The position numbers and the translations under genes are program-made. The notes under the pieces were generated by a model. The model had not been told where the DNA came from. It saw only the letters and a program-made list of their open reading frames with translations, and made no database searches. A stretch of 64,000 nt of DNA, taken from assembly GCA_013336275.1 (NCBI GenBank), contig JAAXUA010000002.1:45057-109056 (forward strand), read 5' to 3'. Of this stretch, positions 21,224 to 30,300 are shown in pieces. The DNA comes from Candidatus Falkowbacteria bacterium (GTDB taxonomy: Bacteria > Patescibacteriota > Patescibacteriia > Patescibacteriales > GWE2-39-37). Position 1 is the stretch's first letter, and every line of letters begins with the position of its first letter.

Positions 21224-22186
21224 CTATATTTTACTGATAAGCCATTTTCCGTCTGGCTGCTTGTCTAGATAGAAGTTTATAGTAACTTTGTAGCCTCCCA
21301 GGGAGAAATAAACATCGGTCGAATAGATTTTCTGCATAGCCGATTCGCTGGTTATTCTGGCGCCAGAAAGCATATTGGCGAAAGACAATAGGCCGTCGTT
21401 TTTCAGGAAGCCCATGGTGTAAGAAATCTGGCTTTGCATTGATGGAGTAAAATAGGACAGGGTTTTGCCTAGGTTGTTTGTCCTGATTGCCTCGGCCGCC
21501 TCGGCCATAATCGTGTCGCTGGTCGAGGTGGATGTGTGGGTGGCAATTGTCAGGTAGGAATAATCGATGGTGATAGTTTCAAGGTTGGCGTTGGAAATAC
21601 CTAGGCCGAGTTGGCGCATGACTGCCAGGGCAGTAGTCGGCGAACCGAGGTAATAGCGCTTTTTATCGACCGGATTTATGTACCAGGCTTGGCCTTTGCT
21701 TTCAACTTGCAGGAGTATTTTGCCTCTGACTCGTTCAATCAAGCTAGAATTGACAGACAGCTTGCCCCAGCCAAGCGGATTGAATTGCTTTTCTATCTCG
21801 ACTTTATCAGAGAATCCGTCTTTGTCAGTGTCGAGGTCGAGAGCATTAGTGCCTAGCGCCTCTTCGAGATCGTCGTTCAGCTTATCGCCATCGCCATCCT
21901 TGCCGTTGACTGCAATGAGACCGACGGGAATGTGAAACAAGTCTGCATTAGTTACGCCCACGCCGAGGCGCTTCATGGTGGCAAGGGCATCAGTCGGGCG
22001 CCCTAAGTAGCTGCGTTTTTGGTCAAGCGGATTGACGTACCAGGCCTCGCCGTGGCTTTCAACTTGCAAAAGTATGCGGCCCGCCACCCTGAGAATGAGC
22101 AGTTCAGCGGCATGGGCGGCATAGCCGAAAGCGATGGCAGAGGCGCCTAGGGCGAAAATTATTAGCTTGTGGTGCTGGTTATTCAT
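21224..22186 (-). CDS. Secreted protein with a duplicated about 50-aa module and thrombospondin-type-3-like Asp-rich repeats
   Basis: Signal peptide. R..G+ILLQVES.G.AWY.NP.D.KR.YLG.P..AL..M+.LG.G..NA.L occurs twice (21938-22090 and 21581-21733). DGDGD / DLDTDKDGFSD lies between the copies. Confidence 0.6.
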   Translation of the reverse strand: MNNQHHKLIIFALGASAIAFGYAAHAAELLILRVAGRILLQVESHGEAWYVNPLDQKRSYLGRPTDALATMKRLGVGVTNADLFHIPVGLIAVNGKDGDGDKLNDDLEEALGTNALDLDTDKDGFSDKVEIEKQFNPLGWGKLSVNSSLIERVRGKILLQVESKGQAWYINPVDKKRYYLGSPTTALAVMRQLGLGISNANLETITIDYSYLTIATHTSTSTSDTIMAEAAEAIRTNNLGKTLSYFTPSMQSQISYTMGFLKNDGLLSFANMLSGARITSESAMQKIYSTDVYFSLGGYKVTINFYLDKQPDGKWLISKI

Positions 22187-22221
22187 GGGATATTTGGTAT
22201 AATTGAATTATAAACCATAGA

Positions 22222-22686
22222 ATGATATTTATGAAGCCATCATATAAAAAGCTGTTGGCCTGGTCACTGGCCTCAGTTGCGGTCAGCGGGGCGATTCTGG
22301 TAATTTTCGGCCTCGTTCAGTTAAGGGAGTTTAATAATGTGGCCAGTGCGACTGGAGGGTTGCCCTGGCAAGATGCCGGCAAGATTTCTTATGTTCAGAT
22401 GGGCTGTACTAGGAGCTGTGTCGGGAAATGTTGCTGCGCCCTGTGCGATGCGGCATGTGATGGTTCGACACAAATCAATTTTACCGGTCAGCAAGGGACC
22501 ATGTTCATGTGCGTCCCGGCCGGCTTCATGTATAAGGGGGGCGGTACTGTTCCAATGATGGGGGCTGGCATTATTGCTGGTGGCATCAGTAATGTCATGC
22601 CGCAAGTTATCGGTATACCGACCATGGCGGCCAGCCGGGCTCAGCGCTTGGTTGATTCGTTCAAGCATTTATTCAATTGGTTATAG
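22222..22686 (+). CDS. Small membrane-anchored Cys-cluster protein
   Basis: N-terminal TM helix, then MGCTRSCVGKCCCALCDAACDG (8 Cys in 19 residues). A Gly/Met-rich hydrophobic C-terminal half. The start could be 22222 or 22231. Confidence 0.5.
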   Translation: MIFMKPSYKKLLAWSLASVAVSGAILVIFGLVQLREFNNVASATGGLPWQDAGKISYVQMGCTRSCVGKCCCALCDAACDGSTQINFTGQQGTMFMCVPAGFMYKGGGTVPMMGAGIIAGGISNVMPQVIGIPTMAASRAQRLVDSFKHLFNWL

Positions 22687-22689
22687 CAG

Positions 22690-23538
22690 ATGATAGACCT
22701 GCTAAAAAAAACCCAAGAGCTTTGCCAGACTTATGGCATCAAGCCTGCCCACTCCAAGGGGCAGAATTTTTTAATTGAAGAAGATGTCTATGACAAGGTG
22801 GTTGAGGCTGCGGAAATTAATAAGAATGACACGGTTTTAGAGGTGGGGCCAGGTTTGGGTTTTTTGACAGCCAGGTTGGCAGATCGGGCAAAGCAAGTGG
22901 TTGCCGTGGAGATAGATGAAAAGCTGGCCGATTTTTTAAAAATGGCAATGATAAGCCAAAAAATTTCCAATGTGGCTATAGTTAATGAAGATGTGACCAA
23001 ATTATCACTGAATTTAGGCAGCTCTACCAAGTATAAGATTGCCGCCAACCTTCCATATAATATAACTTCATTCTTTTTACGCAAATTTTTGACTAGCGAA
23101 CATCGGCCTGTGCTGATGTCATTATTGATACAGAAGGAGGTAGCTGAGCGGATCGTGGCTAAGCCTGGTGATATGAATCTTTTGGCACTCTCGGTGCAAT
23201 TCTATGCCGAGCCGGAGATAATCGCCGATGTTCCGCCTAAATCTTTTTGGCCTGCGCCTAAAGTGGATAGTGCCATAATCAGGATCAGATCTCTTGACGA
23301 GCAGCAGACGGAAACTAGGGGTTTGTCCGGTATCGATGAAAAGAAATTTTTCCGTCTGGCAAAATTTGGCTTCAGTGCTAAGCGCAAAATGTTAAAGAAT
23401 AACCTGGCCGCTGGATTTCATGTTCCTGTGGCTGATGCACAGGCAAAAATAGAGCAAGTTGGACTGGACGGCAGGGTGAGAGCCGAAGATCTTTCTTTGG
23501 CTCAGTGGCTTGTTCTTTATAGATTGTGGTTTGTCTAA
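22690..23538 (+). CDS. rsmA: 16S rRNA (adenine1518/1519-N6)-dimethyltransferase
   Basis: HSKGQNFL, SAM-binding VLEVGPGLGFLT, and NLPYNITS motifs. Confidence 0.93.
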   Translation: MIDLLKKTQELCQTYGIKPAHSKGQNFLIEEDVYDKVVEAAEINKNDTVLEVGPGLGFLTARLADRAKQVVAVEIDEKLADFLKMAMISQKISNVAIVNEDVTKLSLNLGSSTKYKIAANLPYNITSFFLRKFLTSEHRPVLMSLLIQKEVAERIVAKPGDMNLLALSVQFYAEPEIIADVPPKSFWPAPKVDSAIIRIRSLDEQQTETRGLSGIDEKKFFRLAKFGFSAKRKMLKNNLAAGFHVPVADAQAKIEQVGLDGRVRAEDLSLAQWLVLYRLWFV

Positions 23539-23596
23539 ACACAGGAGGGTGATATGAAAAAATAGCGGGGTGACCTTGGTGGTTTTTGTTTGCTTG

Positions 23597-23605
23597 TGTT
23601 ATAAT
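23597..23605 (+). promoter_or_regulatory. Extended -10 element (TGtTATAAT) heading the long plus-strand operon
   Basis: tgttataat sits 21 nt upstream of the ATG at 23626, in the only sizeable gap (about 87 nt) before a 19-kb run of tightly packed genes. Confidence 0.4.
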
Positions 23606-23625
23606 AAGTGTATAAATATTTCCCC

Positions 23626-24306
23626 ATGCTTGAGGACTCTAAGGAGGTCAACAATCCAGAGCTTGAGCCGATAGAACCGGCCCAAGCAGTGCGCCCTAGT
23701 ATAAATAGAAACCAGAAGTTATTTCTGGCGATTTTGGTTTTAATCGGCTTTTCCATGATCGGACTCTGGGCAGCACAATTACGGCAAGGAATTGCCCAGC
23801 CATTCCAACCGAAAAATAGCCAAAATTCGCCCGAAAATAGTAACGTCACCAACAATAATACAACAGAACAGACAGACACGGACAACGATGGCCTTTGGGA
23901 CGTCGATGAGCTTAATACCTATGGAACTTCGCCATATCTTGATGATACGGACGGCGACAACATCAGCGACGGCAATGAAATTAAGTCTGGCGGCAATCCG
24001 AATTGTCCCGAAGGCAAAAATTGCGAAGCGCCAACCGCTCCAGCCAGCGACGTGGCCTCATCTACGGCTTTGATAATGGATCAGAATGCGACGACCTCCC
24101 CGGCCGCTGCCCCTAAACAGACCCAGCCAGGAACGATATCGAGCGGCTTGTCCGATGAGGAGATGAAAAGTATGCTCGAGGGTAATATGAGCGCTGCCGC
24201 TTTGCGCCAAGCCTTGCTCAAATCAGGGGCAGATCCTAAGCTGTTGGAACAGTTGAGCGACGACGACCTGCTGAAGAGCTATAAGCAGTCCTTGACCAGC
24301 CAATAA
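23626..24306 (+). CDS. Membrane-anchored protein with thrombospondin-type-3-like Ca-binding repeats
   Basis: ATG at 23626 is preferred over the track's GTG at 23608. One TM helix (LFLAILVLIGFSMIGLW). DTDNDGLWDVDE...DDTDGDNISDGNE at about 23877-24000. Confidence 0.6.
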   Translation: MLEDSKEVNNPELEPIEPAQAVRPSINRNQKLFLAILVLIGFSMIGLWAAQLRQGIAQPFQPKNSQNSPENSNVTNNNTTEQTDTDNDGLWDVDELNTYGTSPYLDDTDGDNISDGNEIKSGGNPNCPEGKNCEAPTAPASDVASSTALIMDQNATTSPAAAPKQTQPGTISSGLSDEEMKSMLEGNMSAAALRQALLKSGADPKLLEQLSDDDLLKSYKQSLTSQ

Positions 24307-24341
24307 ATTCGAATTTTCAATAAGACGCGAAAATAACCATT

Positions 24342-27300
24342 ATGCCAACCCCTAAAAAAAATGGTGCACTCAAGATTTCCATAATCTTCTTCCTATTGTT
24401 GGTGGGACAGTTTTTTGTCATAAGGGCGATTTTCGCCGCAGGTGCATTCCAGACGCCAAGTCTTGAAGTAAACCCAGCGTACAAGGCTGCCGACACTCAA
24501 GCGGAAGCGACCGTGCCTGACTTTTCAGCAATAAAAATACAAGCGCCAGAGCTCAAATACATCCCAGCTTTAAATAAAAAATACTCACTTTTGGCTCAAG
24601 ATACCAACAAGGGTTTTTTTGAGCGTAAATTGGACCAGCTAACGTCTTGGTTTCAGGAAGACTTGTGGGAAGAGGTGATATTGGCTGGAGGGTCCAAAGC
24701 CCTGGGGTCGGCTATGCGTTCGGCTCTTAACACGATTGCCATGGACACCGCCACCTGGCTGGGTTCTGGCGGGAATGGACAGAAGCCGTTGTTTTACACC
24801 GAAGGCTGGGGCGCCTACCTGACCAACGTGGCCGATAATGCTGCTGGAACTTTTGTCGAACAGCTTGGCAAACAGAATGGCTATGCCAAGTTCAATCTTT
24901 GCAAACCGAATTTCGCCCTGCAGATGAAAATAGGTTTAGGTTTGGTCCAGTCAGTTAAGCCATCGGCTCCTGCCTGTACCTTCACAAAACTTGTCAGTAA
25001 TTGGGAAAATGAGTTGACTAGTGAAGATTTTATGCAAAAGATACAATCTTCATTCGACCCGAATAATAACGACTTCGGAGTGGCTTTCTCTTTGCAGACG
25101 GGCATGTTCCAACAGATTGCTGAAGATAAATATTCAAAACTATTAACCCGAGAGGAGGGTCAAGGATATGTCAACGACCCAACGGGGAAGATTTCCGGCG
25201 CGCTGGGCATACCAATCGCATCAGAGGTTGAAAGAAAAAATGTTTTGGACTCTGGCATGAAGGCTAATGCAATTACCCAATACACTGGCTATGCGCTGGT
25301 TGACGCTGCCAACGTCTTTATTAATCAGCTTGCCGTAACGGCTTTTAATGAACTGATGAAAAAGCTGGGGGGTAAAAGCTATACTTCCAGCTATGGCAAC
25401 TGGAATAGCCTGATCAGTAACTTTAGTGCCGGGCCAGACGCCACAATTGGCGGAGGTATTACAGCTACCAAGAACCAGCTCCGCAAGATTGTCGAACCGC
25501 AGTTCAATGTTCGCGGAGACTACAATATATTGTCCGAACTGAGCTCTTGTCCGAAACCGGACAGGGCAGGGCCGACCAACTGCGTTATCGATGAGAAGTT
25601 CAAGCAAGGCATTCTGGACAAGAAGACCGTGGCTGAAGCTGTCAGACTCGGTTATCTTAATGGTGAAAAGGTTGTTGGTTTTAGCAGCGATGGCGTCGAA
25701 CCACGCTACACCGACGCTTATCCTTATAGAACTTTGCTTATCCTGCGCAAATTCCGCATCTTGCCAGTTGGATGGGAGATTGCCGCCCAGTATATTAGGG
25801 ACAACCTTGATTCAACTAAGCCGAACGGAGTCGGTCCTAAAACCTTGGCTGATTTGATGGCTTGTTTTGATCAGAATGATGAATTTCCGGGCTATTTTGC
25901 CGCTTGGTGCCAGGGTCTAGTCGATCCGCACTGGCTCTTAAAAGCACCACTGAACTATTGCCGCCGAGAGGGGCCTGGTCCGGAAAACATCTCGGACGAC
26001 GACTCGACCTTGGTCAGGAATGATAAATATTGCGCCGACGAGCAGTCTTGTATCAAGGAAAAGGCCGATGGTTCTTGTGAATACTATGGTTACTGCACCG
26101 AAGAGAGGCGTAAATGGAAGTTCAATACCGATTCCTGTGAACCTTTGTATAACACTTGCCAAACTTTTAAAAAGGAAGATGGCGCCTCGGTTTCTTATTT
26201 GAAGAATACTTTGGATTATAGCGGCTGCACAGTCGATAATGCAGGGTGTACTGATTATTGCACCGCGTATAATTTCTCAACCGGTAAATATTCCTGCACA
26301 GCGAGCTCTACTGGGAATAAGGTCTTTTTGGATAGAGATGCCCAGTCTTGTGATTCAAAATCAGAAGGATGCACCTCCTTTATTAGAGCCAGGGACGGTC
26401 TTGGAGCCAATCTTTTGTTGAATTCAAGCTTTGAGGAAGATTTGGCCAACGGCACCTGGAGTGCTATTGGCGCTACATCTTCCGATGCTTTTTCTGGGTT
26501 CAGCAGTTTGCTTTTGAACCCGGGCGTCATGACTAAGAATTTTAGCGCCGGACCAGGATTAGCTTATGTCGGCGGTGAATATAATGTAGAGGGTGAGTCT
26601 TATACGATTTCGCTTTATTCTAAGAACTGTCCTGCCGGCAGCACGATCTCGTTGAAAGATGGAGCCAATACAGAATCTGCATCGATCGAATCGGGCGGAA
26701 CTTGGCAGTTATTCTCGTTATCACACGTCTTCTTAAGCTCCGGGCCGAGCTTCGATTTTGAATTCAATACACCTGCTGGTTCAAGCTGTCTGATTGACGC
26801 GATCAAGATGGAGAAGAGTATCGGTGCCACGCCTTATAGCGATTATGGTGCAACAGGTCTTATTACCGAGAAGTATGCACCGAGCTATCTTGGTTGCGAC
26901 GGCGTTGCCGACCCAGCAGAGTGCAAGGATTTTGCACGAAGCTGCAAATTTGAAGAAGTCGGTTGCGAACTATATACCCCAACTAATGGGGGGCTGCCTG
27001 TTCCTGGCAAGGTCAAACCGGGTGATTACTGCGTAGCAGAGTGCGTTGGCTTTGATACTTATTTGCAATCGCAGACTACTTTTGATTCGTTGCGCCCCGA
27101 TTACTTTATTCCTAAGACAGCCAAGTCTTGCAGTGCCGAGCTTAACGGTTGCGATCAGTTCACTAATTTAGATAAGCTGGGCAGTGGCGCCGAGGCGACA
27201 GAGTATTATTCATATCTCCGACAGTGCGTCACCTCCGGTGGCACCCAGTTCTACACTTGGGAAGGCTCGAACGAGACAGGTTTTCAGTTGAAAGTCGTAA

Positions 27301-30300
27301 GCCTTAAGGCTGATGACGACACAGATGATGTGCCTCTTGATTTGGATGGCAACCCGGTAACGCCCGACATCGCTGATTATGTTGGCGACCCAGCAGTTAC
27401 AGGTACACGAGCGCTGGAAGTGGCAAAATGTAATGAGAAAATTTATCAATTGAAACAGACTGACCCCGGCTACAATCCTGATTGTCGCGAATATTATAAT
27501 ACTGCTGGTGTTAAATCGTACCATCTTTACAGTCAGACTATAAGCGAGGACTCCAACTGCCATCCTTATAGGCGAACCGAGGTCAATATCGACCCATCGA
27601 TAACACTTCAAGCAGCTTGTGTCGGTGCTGATAAGAATTGGAATGCTTCCACCACTGAGTGTGCAGTTTGCATTAATGGTGGTGTTTGGAACGCGCAGCA
27701 GGGAGCTTGTATCTATCAAGCGATTCCGGGCCAAGGAACCCAGTGCTCGGCCGCCGCCAATGGTTGCCGCGAGTATACCGGAAATACAGGACAAACGGTC
27801 AAGATATTATCTAATAGTGATTTTGAAGATAGCACATTGCAGGGCTGGGCCAGCTTCAACGGGGCCGATGTTCCAATTTTGAGTACGGAGTCAATAAATA
27901 TGGGCGGACATTCGCTTTATGTTAAGACAACTGCGAATAACCAGGGCGTAGTTTTGGCCATGCCGACTTCGACTATGCTTACCGGCAGTTCATATGCCAT
28001 AACTTTGATTGCTAAGACTAGGACGCCAGTCAATCTCAAGGTCCGTTCAACTAATGCAGCCGCGGCCAATGTCGATTTCATCGGCATTGGGGCGCTTACT
28101 GCCGATTGGCAGATGTATCGAGCAAACCTTTCTGACATGACCGTTATTGACCCCATTAATCTGATCATCGAAGCCGATGTGCCGGCCGAGTTCTTTGTCG
28201 ACAACATCAAGCTCTCCGAAATTTCCAACAGGTTCTATTTGCTTAAGAACTCCTGGAACACCCCCGAGACCTGCAATCAGGACCTGAACAAAAAGCCTTA
28301 TCCTTTATATATGCTTGGTTGTAACGAGTATAAAGATAGGGACAATCTAACGTATTATCTGAGATCGTTTTCATATTTATGCAAGGATGATGCGATCGGT
28401 TGCGAGCTGATGGTTGATATTCATAATTCAACTAATCCAAAATCAGAAAACTTCAATACCGGCACGGCTCAGACAGAAGATGACCTCACGGTTTTGGCTG
28501 ATAATTATATTTATGCAGTTTATGACAAGAAAAAATTATGCAAATCCGAAGATGTCGGTTGCCAGCGCTTGGGCAAGCCATATGACTATTCCGGCGAACG
28601 CCTCCACTCGGATGTCTATCTGAAAAATAATCCGGACAATTACAAGACTGCGATGTGCGACTATCCTGGATTGAGCTGCGATGAGTATTCTTCTGATGAT
28701 AGCGTAAGCTATTTCAAAAACCCTTACGACCTGGCTTGCGAATGGCGTCCCGGACCGAAAAATGTCTATAGCTGGTACAAGAAACGAGTTAATCGTTGCG
28801 ACGTCAATAATGATGGAAGCGGTGAAGGGGCGTTGTGCGCAGATAATGCCGGTTGTTCCGCGGCTCCTGGCTATGTCGGTGTTGCGTGTACGCAGAGCAG
28901 CCAGTGCAACCCCGCCACCCCAGCCCCGCAAAACAATGTCTGTGACAAGGGAGTCTGCCGGTCTGCTTGCAGCGAGGACAGGGTCGACCATCTGTGTTCA
29001 ACCGACTTCGGAATCAATCCCAAGACCTTCGGAATCGGAACCGGCCAGCGTACCTCCCAGCCGACACGCGATGTCGGGGGTACCAATTGGGTTGGCCTCT
29101 GTCCAGCAGAAGAGTCGAGCTGCACAGAATTGGTTGATCCGAAAAGTAGCTTTAACCAGAATTTAATCTTTAACAATGATTTTGCACAGAACATAAATCT
29201 GGCCGATGAGCCTAATCGTGATGGTTGGCCGGGAAATGTCCAGGGTGTCAAATTGGATGCTAACACTCTTTATATCCTGAGCGGAACCGGTAATGCTGGA
29301 AGCAGCGTGACTGTTGGCAACTGCACGTCGGCTTCAGGCGGGTCTAATGTCAGTCTTCTGAGCGCCAACACCAACACATTAAACGCTCCACAGGCTGCTA
29401 TTACTCTTAATTTGGGGGCAAATCCAGTTAAGACGAGCCTAGCCTTCTATTCTAATAATTCAATCAAATGCCAGATTAGCATCGTGCCGGCTGGCGTGGT
29501 CACTAATTTGGACCTGGGGCTCTATAAAGCAGCTGTCGATTATCAGCTAGACAAAGGTCTTGATGCAACGGGCTGTAATGGCTTAGTTGATCAAAGCCAA
29601 GGTTGCGTTTTGTTCAACAAACGCAGTCAGGATGGAGCATCTGTTTTGAACCTCAATTATGACGCTGATACTAGCAGCAGTACACCTTCGATTAACGCCG
29701 GATTAGAAAGGGATTCCAATGTTCTTCTGAAAGTAGCCCCAGACCGCATTTGTGACAAGTGGCTGTCTTGCCGATCATCAGTCACCCTAAAAGATCAGGA
29801 TGGAAACGACAAAAATGTATGTCTGGATATCGCCCTTTGCAATCAATTCGGGTTTGATGGCGGCTGTAACGGCACCATTAGCAAGGACAGGAATAATCAG
29901 ACTTATAATTATCCCAATCTTGGCGGCGGCTTGCTAAGCGCAAGCCAGGTCGGCAATATCAGCGGCTATGCGAAGGTCGGTAAAAATCAGGCCGGACAGA
30001 CAGATGCTCAGATTCCTTTCGGCTCGATGATCCAATACGGTGCAGCAGCCAATGTATATAATGGCAACATGGAATTGGCTGGCGATGATGGCTATCCTGT
30101 TGGTTGGAAATATTATAATTCGAATGACGTTTGGGATGAAAAATCTTTCAAGGTGATCAATACGGTAGCAGGGGTCCAGAATGAAGGTGTTGGCAGCGCT
30201 CCTGAAGGCAACGGCATATTGAAGTTGGGTGTCAGGCACGAAATTACGTCTAACTCATTTACGGTCAAGGGCGGAGAGTTTTATGTCTTGCAGACCATGG

